This document shows, piece by piece, positions 50,417 through 64,000 of a stretch of DNA of 64,000 nucleotides (positions are counted from its first letter, which is position 1; every line of letters starts with the position of its first letter). This DNA comes from Azolla caroliniana (taxonomy: Eukaryota; Plantae; Polypodiophyta), in NCBI GenBank assembly GCA_043228905.1, contig JBHGNT010000011.1:22072001-22136000 (forward strand). The letters run 5' to 3'. The translations under genes were made by a program, and so were the position numbers. The notes beneath the pieces were generated by a model. The model was not told the DNA's origin and ran no database searches. It saw nothing but the letters and a program-made list of their open reading frames with translations.

Positions 50417-51020
50417 CTACCTATGCTTTCAATTAAAGTACTTTACCATAAAATGAGAGCTTTCTAACCTTAGATATTGTACTTGATGAACATACACTTT
50501 ACTTCTTCCTTAAATGGATTATTCATATTGTAGAGGAAACTAAAACTAAATTGATCCACATGCAATTTGTATATTCCTTAAATTGATTAAACATATTCCA
50601 CAAGGACTACAATGAAGAAACAAGTTATCAAAACTTCATTAATTTCTAGTTACTAAAACACAACACACATATTATTGGAATGAGTGAGAGAATTGTTTGC
50701 TTGAAAAACTTAATTAAGGTAATGTAAATAGACATTATTGATAGCAGCTACGTCAAACAGTAAAAAAACTAAGAATCATGATATGATACCTTGTAAAAAA
50801 ACAAATTTATAAGGCTCAAATCCAAGAAATGAGATTTTGTATCACAAAGAGGAGTGTTACACCAAGAGACTAACAATTGAGAATATATAAATGCTTCTTC
50901 ACTATATCAAAGAAGAACATTCTTAAGGAAATAATGTATAGTTGTTGATGCATAACTAGATAAAAGTTTGACGGTTCTAAGTCATAGATAAAGTGATGGG
51001 AACACCCAAGTAAAAGACGA

Positions 51021-54000
51021 TTTTTTGTTTTTTGTTTTTTTTTTCCAAAAAAAACTCCTTCCATTAGTTATAAAATTTTACAAATGAGATTATTATGTAA
51101 AAATCCTTGTAGGGACGCGATAGTTCCATCTTATGTGGATGCCCACTGACTCAAGAAAGGGAGAGGACGACCATTATTGGATGAAGGCTATTCGTTGTCT
51201 TTCAACTCCATCAGAGCCGCCCTTGAGGCCATCATATTGGCGCTTTAGAGTGGCTATAATTTCACTCCATATCTCTTGCAGTAACATTGTTGGATGCGCG
51301 GTTTGGTTCGAGAAGACCCGTCAACACCATTGTTTCCATAGAATTCAAAGAGTTATTGGGCTGACCAATTCCACCACAACTTGAGATTTGTCATTAAGAG
51401 GAGTTGAGTGGACATTGCCGCTGGAGGAGAAAAAGATCTCTTGTGCTTTTATCACCAAAGTCATTCCCTCCTCCTGATGCTCGTATTTGCCAATTGTGGT
51501 CTGCCATGATAGCCAACATATATTTCCCCACTTGATCGAGCCTTGCACCTGGCATAATTGCAACAAGCAGCCAACCCCCCGCCATATTCAATGAGACGTT
51601 GGGCAGTCCCACAGAACGTGTCATATTGATTCTACTACATTTGGACACTCTACACAATTAGCAGAGTTAAGGTTCCCACGTTGCCATGCTCCCACCGGTA
51701 CGGACTTATGTATTAATAGCCATTGGAACGTGGTAATTCGCCTCACGTGTTGTTGTTTCCACATTTTCTACCAAAACTTGGTGATTATTGTGGGAGGAAC
51801 TTGAAATGTGTGTCAGACCTTCGCAACAGCTGGCCCTTGAGCGGTTTGAGCGGCTAGAATGTGGTGACCCAATCTAGTTGTGAATTGGAAGAAAGTGATG
51901 GGTTTGCTTCCTTGCCCCGCATAGGGAGCACGCCATGTCCATTGCAAAGGGTCCCAACTGACCTTACGTAGCCATGTGTTTTCATGAATAGATATGTGTC
52001 AATCGGGTTGTAGTTTGCTCAGATCAGGATCTACAATCCATTTATGACCAGTATACGCGAGTACTTGTATTGTGTTATTCTGTGTTGGTGTCTCAGTGTC
52101 TCGCAATTCAGAGCCTTCGAGTCTGTTTGGTGGTCCCCTACCTCTCGGGAACAGAGATCCCTCCTCCTCGTGGCTTATCCATTTCTCCATTGCCGTCCTT
52201 TGAGTAGCAGATTCCCTAATCAGTAGAGCGTTAATGATTACCGATCTCATAGTCCATCCGCCCCTGATTCCATGGAGTATGTTGGCTTGATCTTGGAGTG
52301 GCAATGACATAAACCATCTCCAACATTCTATACTTTTTCTTGGACCTTCTGCAATGTATCCCCATGACAACCTCTTACTTGATCCAAGTAGTTGATTAGA
52401 TTTATCCTTGATACATGGGTTCCATAGGATACGTTGGCTGAGCCAGGCAGGTTCAGAACTCGATTGATTGCAATTGAGCCCTCGTCTAATATCACAGCAT
52501 GGCTTCCACATGGATGCACTGAATCTATCCTCCAATTGGTAGGAGAAACTAGGTTTGAGATCCATGTTTAGAATCCATCCCGTTTGGGGGGCCCAATTGA
52601 CCCATTTTCATAGCCTAAAGTAAGCGAAACATAACCTCAGTAGCATTTTCCAACAGTCATTTCCTTATTGGAGTCCTCACACCACAAATTTGGCAAGTAA
52701 GGCTTTTGATTGTGAGAGGGAATCAATAAGACCCAATCCCCCTCTTGACTTAGGTGTTGTGAGTATAGGCCACGCCACCTTGGCACGAGTTACATGATCT
52801 TCCTTACCAGACCAAATGTAGTTGCGTACAAGTCGTTGAATATGATGCATACTTTCCTTGGTACATGATAGATTGTACCATGTTGTTGCGAGTAGTACCT
52901 GGTTTGCCACTATGATGGGACCCGCTAGCAACAGTTTTTTCGAACTCCAATGTATTAACTTTTGTCGAATGGAATGGATAACAAGTGCAATCATAGTCTT
53001 CAGCGGTATGTTGAAACCAATTTGGAAACCCAAATCTTTGGTGCTCGCTCCTTGATTGATCCATTTGAAAGCAGGATGTGGGTGCCATGCAGGATGTGTT
53101 TCATGAGAAAGTCATATTGTATAGGATTTGTGCCAATTGATCATGGCATTGGATCTCTTGCAAAATACGGCTAACCCACTTTGAAATTCGAGGTTTTGTA
53201 GGTTTTCCAAGTCCCCTTGTAGGTAGACCACTGTGTCATCTGCAAATTCTATATCCAGGATGCTTTGGTGAGAATGAGGCACGGGAAGACCACGTAGGTT
53301 GAGATGCCGTGAGTTGAGAAAGCAAGAGAGTGCTTCGGCGTATAATAGAAATAAGGATGGAGCCAGTGGGCATCCTTGTCGTACAGATTAGGATATTCGG
53401 AAAAGGGGCCCCTTTCACTTGCCAGTGAAACGCAATTGCTGATGTTCCTATAAAGTCTGGCAATGCCTTTGATCCATGTCTCTTGAAAGCCGAGTTTCCC
53501 CATCACACTTTCAAGAAAGTTCTAGCATACCCTATCATATGCTTTCTCAAAATCTAGTAGCACCACCGCTACCTTGTTGTTGGTATGGTTTGCAAGGGCT
53601 ACTGCTTCCCAGAATGAGAAGAGGTTGTCTAGGATGCTCCGATTTCTAACGAAACCTGTCTGGGATGGATGAATGAGTTGAGGGAAAAGTGGTGTTAAAC
53701 GGCGTGCCACGATTTTTGCGAGCAACTTATAGACAATATTGAGAAGAGTTATGGGCCACCACTTGCTAATGTCGTTGGCACTCCCACCACTTTTAGGAAT
53801 GAGATATATCATCCCCTGTCCAAATTCCTCCAGCATGTTTCGAGAGGGGATGATCTCCTTATGCCTGGAGGAGGTCTTCTTTAATACTATCCCAAAGGCA
53901 TGTTAAAAAGTGAGGGTTGAGGCCGTCGATTCCGGGCAACTATCTGCATCCAAATCAGAGAGGGCCTCCCATATCTTGATGATTGATAGGGGACGCACGA

Positions 54001-54750
54001 GCCATGCATTCATTTCTGTCGTGACTTTCTCAGGTATGCTTTGGAGGATAATATCGTCTCTTATGTCTTTCCATGTCGCCATAGTATCTTCGGTAAGTAG
54101 GCGCTTATAGTAACTTGTGGCAATATTCCTCATTTCGTCGCCATCCTCAGTGGTCGTTCCATCCTCTCGGTTGAGGTTGCGCATCATTGTTCTAGCATGC
54201 CTCAGGCTTTTGGAGCGGAAGAATTCCTTCATGGTTTTGTCCCCTACTTAAATCCTTTGCGCCATGCTTCCATGAAACTCCATGTCGTATATTTCCTTTT
54301 CCGCCATGTTGAGTTCATGTTTGGCCATGGCAACTTGTCCTGTGATCCAACTACATGACGGGTATCTCTGTTGGAGTCGTTGTAAGGCTATTAGTCCCCG
54401 TTTTGTCCTTAGTCACTTTTCCTGAGCATCCTTGCTTCTGGTCTTGACAATCTCATGTAGGAGAGTTGAAGCTCTTGTTAATTTAGCTAGAAGTTTGTTA
54501 GATGCTCATGAGTCATTAACAGGTAATGACCATTGGTTGGAGAGTTATTCCTTCACCTCTATAACTGTGTAAATAGTGTGCAGGATGCGAGGCTGGAATG
54601 GGCCCCATTTTCGGTGCAATTGAAAATGACCGACTACCGTGTAATGGTCAGAGAAGGTCGTGCTTGAAGTTATGCGACACTACCTTCCGTTCGCTTCTTG
54701 AGCATCACCCACATAAATGCGGTCAATGCGAGATAGGGGTTCACTATTCC
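51021..54750 (-). mobile_element. Long decayed L1-like LINE (end of APE endonuclease, RT, zf-RVT)
   Basis: SRIDRIYV...SDH (APE) at about 54640-54735; WWPITLLN, QTGFV, LLDFEKAYDRV and EFADDT (RT). Same 3' region as 39855-41482. Poly(T) at 51021. Confidence 0.93.
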
Positions 54751-57409
54751 GCCCGTTATTTGGCTTAAAACAAATAGGAAGTTATATCTATAAGTAGGAG
54801 ACATGTTGATAAAGTATAAGTATGCATCTTGATAGAGAGATAGCATTATGAAGTCAAGACATATCAACTTCATCCCAAACATACACAATCATCCAACCAA
54901 AGTTAATTGTTTAGTTTTTCACAACCTCTAATTTACACACGTGTTCATAGTCACATGTTGACAAGATACTCTACTCTCATAGTATATTGTGGTGAAAGAG
55001 ACACATCCACGTGCATTAAAAGGAAAGAAATGTAAGGATCCTCAAGATAAGACTCAAGAGATTTTAGAGCTAGAACATGGTTATTGTAGCGTATAGAACA
55101 AGGTTTTCCTAACATACATACTTGGATGGAAAGAAAATAAGGACAGAAAAGAAGCACGTGAAAGCAAACAAGCAAATACATATAAATTCACCTAATCAAT
55201 TGGGGCCCTATGGTTACAACACGAAACTAAAAGGAGGTTGTAAGGGGCAACTCATAAAGGTTTTAAAAGAGTACAAGACATGTAGGTCTGGCGTTAACAA
55301 AATTAATGTGTTCTCGTAACTCAAATTCAAAACTCGTCATGTAACAATATGCATCCAATAAGTGTGTCAACTTCAACATATTCTGTAAATAAAGGCATGT
55401 TGACCACAATTTTTACAACAATGATATACTATTACAATAAAATATATAATGTGATGAAAACAATTAGCTCATTTTTATTAATTGGTTGAAAAACAGTAAA
55501 GTAAACATGTTATGTGTGCCAAATTTTCCATTCAAATGTCTGAAGTAGATGTCATCAAAGTATTAAAAACTCTAAATGGAAGTCCATTTATATGATAATA
55601 GAACTTCAACTATCTTGAGGTAAAAAACTCCCTATGACCGTGTACAATAGAGAGAGGGGGGGGGGGGGGGGGGGAGGGGGGGTTATGCATGGGTTATGCA
55701 TGATACATACTTCTATGGTGCTAGGTATAAATTGCCAAAATGGAAATATGCATCTATCTTTGTGCAATTGTCTCATAGTGTGACCAAACTTATGCAAGGA
55801 GTATACATAAAGTAACATGTGATGGAATGGCGGAAGGTAAAAATATGTGTTGAAGTTGTTAAGATATTGGAAAGTGTCCATGTATCATGTAATATAAACC
55901 ATTGTTGGGGGAAAAAAAAAATTTAAATAGCCCTTGGGGTGCTTACTTAGGACAAATACAAGTCATGTTAACTAGTTAGACAAATTGAGTTAGGACCTTT
56001 GAGAGGTGGTGAAAATGCAACGAATGAATATATTGTATGTCACTCTAAAGCGTCCATACCATAAAATTGGTGTGAGAGAATATCTAAACATGGTTGTACA
56101 AACAATTGATTTTATTGGATAACAATTGAGATTTGATCATAGATAACACGATCTACGCTATAGCTTGTCATGTAGATATTCAAAATTCATGACACGATTG
56201 AATGTGGGCCCAAACTACTTCTACCTTGTATTATGTATACATGTTTATTCGTTTGTCCAATAGCAAGCTTCAATTGCCTTTTGGACAACTGAATGCATTG
56301 AGCATATCCACCTCCTCATGTTTTACTGTGCCACACTATTCTATGATTGGTGCATTGCAACTTTTCAAACATAGGTACACCAATCTTATAGTTTAGATTT
56401 CATATATATTTCACAAAGTGTTTGCCTTGGCCAAGTCAATATCGCACTCAATTGCAAAAGAACATGTTTTGCAACATCCAAAATGTCTCTTAAATGCTGT
56501 CATAGATACACTAAACTATCAAACTCTTTATGAGACATATTTCCTTACAGATAGCCTTTTAAATATAGTTGGTAGAGTCTGTCACAATCAATTGCAAGAG
56601 ACTTATCCCCGATTCACATGAGGTGGAATGGGATTTGCTATGTTGCATGATCAAATTGAATGAGTCATACATATATCACTTTTCCATCTTCCTAACTACC
56701 ACATGTGAAAGTTTCAACCCATGCAATTGCATCTCATGTGAACAAATTTATATCAACCCCATCAATAACACCTCGATGTGAACAACATTATTTCTAGCCG
56801 ATAGTTTCAATCCTTTCTTTCCACCATCATAGTGAGCACACGTGAACACAATTATATATCATTTGTTAATTCATTATAGTTTCCACCCTTATGTGAACCC
56901 AACCTTATTTCATAAATAGTTCTACAACACATCTTAGTCATACCTAAATGAAATCGATGTAATAAGTTGTTGAATTTGGTAGAAGAAGTTAAAAAGTTCA
57001 TTTTTAAGACATACACTATATAGTTGTTCCAAATTAAACAACTAAACTTGATTCATGCATTGACATACCAATAATAGGCTATTTATTTTGCATATATACG
57101 ACATGCCACTAATTCTCTTTCTATGAAATAGACTATACCAATGTATTTGTGTTAAAAAAAATTCCATCCACAATTTGGGATGTGGATTTGGATCTTGTTT
57201 ACAAATATCGGATCTTCTCTTAATGTGGGACCAAACATAACAAAACGTTACTAGAGTTACATAAAGTGGACCCTTCACATTATGAACTAATATTAACATT
57301 CACATTTTATCATTGTCAAGCCTCCACAAGATTGTTATCTTCAAAAATTTTGTGGTGCATAATATGCATGCCTAAGGAACATGTGCTCCACAGTGTCTAG
57401 AAGTCGATT

Positions 57410-58237
57410 TATTTTTATTTTTTTCTAAACAGATATCCTTCCATTAGTTTTAAAAAGCATATCTGCTACAAAATACAACCCACTTATTTTACAAAAATGA
57501 GAGATGAATTGGGAGATATATAGCCTCCACTATGTGACATTCAGCATACATGCTTGACATCAGTGCATATCCTACTATTGTATCAAGATCCAATTTCATA
57601 GCTTCATTCGAGCACAATTTCCCCCTATCTATATTGCCAAAGCATGTACATGCTATCAATAAGGTCAACCAACTACACACATTTGTTGCTCAAATGTTTC
57701 AAAGCTGAAAAACCTTCACTATTCCGCACATACCGAGAAATCATTGCGTTGTAAGACACCACATCTCGATTATGCTGCAAGACAGTGAATGTTTCTTCCA
57801 GGTTTCCACATCTAAAATACTTGCACATATCATACTTCATGGTTGTGCAAAGCTGAAAAACCTTTATTATTCCACACATACCCAGAAATCATTACGTTGT
57901 AAGACACCTCATCTCGATTATGTTGCTTAGAAAAGAGTGTGAATGCTTCTTCCAGGTCAAAAATAAGTGACCATATATTGGCAAGATGCTTTCGCGTTGC
58001 AATGATCCCACATGATTCAATGCTTTTTCATCTTGTCCATATTAAATATTTCCTGTTATAATTGTGTTCCAGCAAGACACATCTCTAACTAGAAATCCAC
58101 AAAAAATCTCTTGTGCTTGAGTGAGTCCACCACAATTGGTATACATATCCACCAATGCATTGCTGACCATAAAATTATTCTCCCTCCAACATACATTTTT
58201 GACAGAGAAATGTAAGGTGTCGCATCTTCATTGCCGA
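57410..58237 (-). pseudogene. PPR (PLS-type) retrocopy fragment fused to a LINE-like 3' end
   Basis: PPR motifs NALVDMYTNCG...RDVSCWNTII, RDVVSYNAMIS and VGYALMSSMYAEC. Tail ttttaaaactaatggaagga followed by an A-rich run. 22-bp TSD with 2 mismatches. Confidence 0.8.
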
Positions 58238-59570
58238 CCACAGTGTCTAGAAATCAATTACATGAAAGTTCGTATATTTTGTTGAAAGTTGTTATGGTGT
58301 CAACCTTATTTATGCTCAATATTCATTTAGGGTACTATGACTCCCTATTTCAAAACAAATGGTCAGGTTTAACTACGACTTTATCTTCAAACAAAAGTTC
58401 GGACAATCCAGTATATTATCCTCGAACACCTTGCACAACATGTATTATAGCCAAGCTTGATGATAATCATTGTTTAGTTTTGATAATGTACTAATGATGC
58501 AGGTTTTTCCAAGATATGATACATCAACTACTTATAATTTACTCTAGCTATGTTGTTTAGATATATATTGATATTTGAGAATTGAAAAGTGTGTGTCAAA
58601 TATGTACTCGAGTTTAAAAGTTCAATGGTTTATGAACAAACACTTATTAAACACAACCTAAGATACCTTGCAATGTCGCATAGAACAACCACAATTATCT
58701 TAGGCAAACATCATAGTTAGTCAAGCTTTGAGCATCAATGAGAGCAAAACTCAATGAAGACTATGTGGTCATAATGGTGCCTTCAATCCTTGAAGTGTAA
58801 TGGGAATACCTTGAGACTACAATACCAAGGCATTAACATGATCCATGTTGTGCTACGAATACCTAGCACAACACAACCCTACTAAGGATGGGCACCATAT
58901 ACCTATCATGATCTCTAATCATTTTGTTTGCAAAACTTCACAAGAACCTTGGTAAATTGAAATGAATATTGAAGCCATTAGAGCTCCATGATTAACAATC
59001 TCGAGTTGGTGATGTAGATGTGCACTAACCTTGGTCATTATTACTTATTCAAGGCATACATAACACTAAACCTCATACATGCTACTAGTGCACAAGACAA
59101 CAATATTGATTACTTATGCATTGACAATGTGCTCGACCTTAATCGCCGGAAAATGTTGAAGCCTTATGTCGGTGGCGTGAACATTATAAATAAATACCCA
59201 TCTACATGCACAATCCTAGTTATTGTGTGTTCTGTGAATTGCTTACTGGGTTATGTGACCCAATGGTTGCTAATTGAAGTTGTGATTTATAGGAATATGT
59301 ATATCTCAACATGTTACATACGTGTCATAAAGCTTTTTGACGACGTCGTATGTGGACAACAAATATACTAACCCAAATGGACATATAACTTGGCAAAGGC
59401 ACTTCAAAAATTATTATCTTCTAGGAATCCATGTGTTTCAAATTGGAGGTCTTACATTGTTGTAGTTGTCGTTACTATGAACATCTTTTGCTAGAGCCTT
59501 GAGCACTTGGGACACTTCCATGTATTGTGGACTTGGTTTGGCATGAATTTTTGTATATTGAATGTTTTGG

Positions 59571-60086
59571 TGTTACCCGGTGGACAAGTGTGAAACCGAC
59601 CAAAGGGAGCTAACAACCGAATAAGGGAAGCCGAACATCAAGTAAGGAGCCGGTGGAAAGCGCCGAGCAGAAGGAAGCTATATATAGCGGGGAGTAACGA
59701 ACACAGAGGAGCACGGAAGGATCTAAGAGATTACGTATAGGGATAGGCTGATAGAGAGTGAGTGAGTGTTCACCAATTATACTTGTATCTGGATTCTGTA
59801 TGTATCTGTATGCTTACATTAAATCAAATATACATATATGCTTTGTGGGTAACTTCAATGTCTGTCTTATCTCTATACACATATATCTATATAACATTCG
59901 GTCTGTTGAAAGACGAATATAGGAATCGGTTGTAGCCGATTCCTCAGTGTGTCAGTCTTATTCTTTGTAAACGATCCGATCAACATTCGATAGTACATGG
60001 TGACCCTGAATCTCCTACGCACCACAATTCCTTGACCCGATTACTCCTCCTGAGTAATCGAAGGTGTTCACAAGGAAGGAGTAACA
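59571..60086 (+). mobile_element. Solo LTR (516 bp)
   Basis: tgttac...gtaaca termini, perfect 5-bp TSD tttgg, and tatatatag at about 59679. Confidence 0.92.
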
Positions 60087-62635
60087 TTTGGCTTCATCAC
60101 ATGGGCAAATATTGCAAGGTGGCATGTTATGTCAACCAAACGAAAATGAGTTTAGGAATGATTAACAATAGGCTTGTCATGCTCATTGCAAAAATTAAAG
60201 AGTAGGCTCTCTATGTTATCTACCAACAACACCATTCTTGTTCTTGTCCCGGAATAAATAGCATTGAGCTTGATCATGAATATCATCTCAAGTTCCAAGT
60301 TATGACTCAAGATCGGTAGTTCGTTTGTCATTGAGATGGATTTTCATCATTCATGTCTTAATCATAAAAAAAAAGGCTACAATTCATAATTTGAAGCAAT
60401 GACATAGAATAGTTTTAGAAAAATCAAGCACAAATATATAGAAGAAAATTTGTTAAATTCTGCAACACTTTTCAAATGTAGGAGTGGAAGCGAGGTATAT
60501 ATCAAGGAATATTGAGTGAGAAACATTTTTTGGAGGAAAGGATTGGGGCCGGTGGTCCCTTGATTTTCTTATAGTTGGATGTGCAATGGCAAAGGTTGGG
60601 GAGCAAAAAACAACCAATCATAGAACATGGCAATCTTGTTGGGGTGATTTAAAGGGGGTGTGGATGAACATTCAAATGAAGATGTGCACAAAAGCAACAA
60701 AAGTGAGAATAAATGAGGGATAATGATGATGAGAATTCACAACACATATGAGAGGCCTATATTTCAAAAGACCTAACAGAGATGCTTGGGGAAGGGGGCA
60801 CGAGCTTATCATCAATGCCCATCACCAAAGTAGCACAACACTACAGTCGGTAGTTTGGGTTTGTTGTTTTGTGGGAACAAGTGGGGAGGGCCATGTAAGC
60901 CAACACAATCAATCAACGCAAGTTTTAAGTTGATAATTATTACTCCTTGGGAAAGGCAGAAGACAAAAAAGTAGTTTGAAAGCGATTCACATAGAGAGAG
61001 AGAGACACACACACACACACTGAGTGTGTGTGTGTGTGTAGAAATTTAGGAAAATATCATAAATACCCCTTATAGATGGGTGTTTTCTACATAAACTTTG
61101 GTACTTTTCATAATATCAAGAAATATCAAGTGTTAGATCAAACTAACTACTCTAATTATGAATCTGCTTTATTATGTAGCCCAATCAATCTTCGTTAGTT
61201 TGACAGAACGTAGTCTTGATATTATGAAAGGTACTAGGGTAGGGGTATTATCTACATTAGCCCAACATGCGTTATTTGTGATAATGCCCTTGGAGCTTAG
61301 AAGGTCCTTGGTGTTTGATGATATAATACGTATATTTTGTCTCTAATTTTCTACGGTTATTTGCTCTTATTTTATGCAATTATAACAAGTTTTGCCCTCT
61401 CTTAATCAAGTGTATGTCTCAAATGGAGGCTCTCCAAGTATGTCGAAAGATTCAAGATAAGTACATAGTCAATGAAACTAGGCATCAAATGCCAGAAAAT
61501 AATAAGGGGCTTTTACCAAAGAGCAGCCATAGATTGCGTTGAGTGAGTTAGGAAACTCAAAAGCATTAGGATTGGATGGTCGAACCAGTAAATTCTTTGC
61601 GCAATTTTGGTGGTTAAAAACCTTTATGTTATTAAATACTATCGAATCTTAGTAGCCTTCAGATTTATGAAAATCTTGGTGAAAGGGGCATTTGACACTT
61701 TTTCCTTAGAAGGCTCAAAGTGCAACCTTAGTGGTTTGGCGCTTAGACCTTCACTCTAAGAAGACACGTCCCATATATGATTACAAATGTTAATGTGACC
61801 ATGGAATATGTAGAAAATATATGATACTTGTTTGATATTGTCTGATGGGATCACATTGTGCCTCCTATGGGATGAGATTTAAAGTCATATTTTGGTTTGA
61901 ACCGCTCTACATCCATTATTGGATGAAAAATGGCATATGGATTCACATGTGCTTTTTTCTCCTGCTTAGCATCTACAAACTATTCAAAAGCTTGTAGATT
62001 GAACCATGATTGGATACATTTCTAATGATGTGGCACATTCCAAAAGTAATCTATTATTGGAAACAAATATGTTAAGGGCCAGTGGAGAATTCAACATTGA
62101 GTTGAAGGAAGACTTGTTTCTCTCACGATGTGTACTTAGGATATTGGTTAGTGGGCGTCTATTACAATCGAGGAAAATTGCTCTAGCAATTTGATGGGGG
62201 TACATATGACTATATGAAACCAATATTGTACAATATTAATCTTGTCGCAAGTTACCCTCTTTTTTCCACAATTAAAACTGCCTATCAATCAATCCTAATA
62301 GTTCCTTGTTGACTCTTTGGACTTTTACCATGTGACGTTGAGCCAATGGTTAGATTTCTTGCATGGTCTTGATCAAGACTTGGGTTAGATTATCACTACT
62401 GACTATCACTAAGAAGCACAATTCTAGGCATGGTCCATATCGGTTATTTAAGCCTCTTAACGATAGGCATGGGGGTTGACGACGTTGATAGGTGTACTAA
62501 TGCCCTGAGCGAGCGTGTCGAAGGTTTCGAACGCGTGGGATAAACATTCTTTTCCTGTGGTTTTTTACCAAACCCATTCCCATGGCTTTCTCTGACAAGA
62601 TAGTGGTGGTAGGGCACTAGTGCACTAGTAGTAAT

Positions 62636-62725
62636 GAGAGAGAGAGAGTGTGTGTGTGTGTGGGTGTGAACAAAAAGGAGAAGATTTGTTTGGGTTGGGA
62701 GAGTTTTGGCCCTACACTAGTGACA

Positions 62726-62769
<44 letters not shown>

Positions 62770-64000
62770 GTTTTCTGTTCTTTGTTTTTTTGGATGCTTT
62801 CTTACACTCCTACAATCTTAAGCTTAAAAAAGAAAATAAACAAAAGAGGCAGAAGAAGAAGGAGGAAAGACGCCCCCCTCCTCCCTTTCTCTCTCTTTAA
62901 ATAATTAATAACAATAAATCAAAGCAGACACAACTCTCAAGGCTATGAGTTCAAGTCCTGTACTTCCTGCATCTGCCTCTGCCTCTGCCTCTGCCTCTGC
63001 TGCTGCTACTCACACTAGCATTTTTAACTGACTTTCACTTAATAAGAGCTTAAACTTTAACTTCTTACTCGCTTTTATCTTCTGATCAGCATCATCATCA
63101 TCATCAAATCAATCAAATAGATACACACACATAATAAGGAGAAGAGCTTTCTTTCTTTCTTTAACTATCTAATCTACATACATATTTATATGTGTATTTG
63201 TGTGTGTGTGTGTCTCTCTCTCTGTCTCCGTTTCTGTGTATGAATTTGTTTTTTAAGTTCAGAAGAATTGGCAGAGCCACATATCAGTCAGGAAAGAACA
63301 AGAAAACAGAATTGAAGGAAGCACTCAGAGGTACTTAAAACTCAATATAGAATACACCACACACACATATATTATACATATAGATATATACGTACGTACA
63401 CACAGGTTGAGAGAGAGAGAAAGGGGGGGTACTCTCTATAACCCAATGGTAATTCATGAAACCAATCATAATCATGATAGCCTATAGATAGACTATTTAA
63501 CTCTCTATATGTATGTAAGAAGGGGCTATATATACTTCAACTGCTACCGTCTATCCATCAATCAATCAATCAATCAATCAATATTTTGTAATTGGTTTCT
63601 TTTTTGTGGCAAAACCCCATTTATTAGACACTCAAACTCTATATGTATATGCATACAAACAAACAGCAGCAGAAGGAGATGAGGAAGTTCACACCAGAGT
63701 CCAGACCTACCTAATAAAGCCTTGAAAATAGAGATGTGTGTGTGTGTGTGTGTGTGTGTAGCTTAATGAATAAGCTAAGTAAGGATAATAAGTGTGTAGT
63801 AGAGTAGTACTCTGTCCTTATTACTACTGCTGCCCACTTCACCTTCATCTGCTTAAACCTCCAGGGCCCAGCCCAGGCTGCTCCTCCTCCTCCTACTTAC
63901 ACAAAACCCACAAATACATATATGTACATATATATGTTATTTTGTCTTTTAAACACTTATTATTATAGTGGTCGTAGTACTAATGGCCTGGCTCTAATAA
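62636..64000. other. Microsatellite-rich, TE-free region (GA, CT, GT, ATCA repeats), possibly promoter, UTR or intron of a gene outside the window
   Basis: Composition resembles the region upstream of the SAUR gene. No convincing ORF. Confidence 0.4.

Noticed and set aside
55655-56800. G-run and faint additional PPR-like relics
   Set aside because: The motifs are too degraded and no TSD was found. The G-run alone is uninformative and error-prone.
62600-64000. Possible miRNA precursor or small exons
   Set aside because: No conserved plant miRNA sequence was recognised and no coherent exon chain was found.

Overview
Eukaryotic land-plant DNA, probably from a non-seed plant such as a fern. That assignment is inferred from a Tcn1-like chromovirus and PLS-type PPR relics and is not proven. 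The window is mostly nested transposons with one clearly intact host gene, an intronless-CDS SAUR-family gene (10785-11246). Contents from left to right: (1) the 5' end of a Ty1/copia element running off the left edge; (2) a LINE fragment interrupted by a solo LTR and by an intact, very young chromodomain Ty3/gypsy element (3238-9018) that appears to self-prime; (3) two hAT MITEs; (4) a decayed, multiply nested Ty3/gypsy element (22498-33334) with a tRNA 3'-half-like sequence where its polypurine tract should be; (5) a young, chromodomain-less, 4-bp-TSD Ty3/gypsy element (42111-46929); (6) several L1-like LINE copies, one with a 5' inversion; (7) a TSD-flanked PPR-LINE chimeric retrocopy (57410-58237); (8) further solo LTRs and a microsatellite-rich right end. 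All calls were made by eye without database searches. Clade names and tRNA identities come from recalled family knowledge and need checking.
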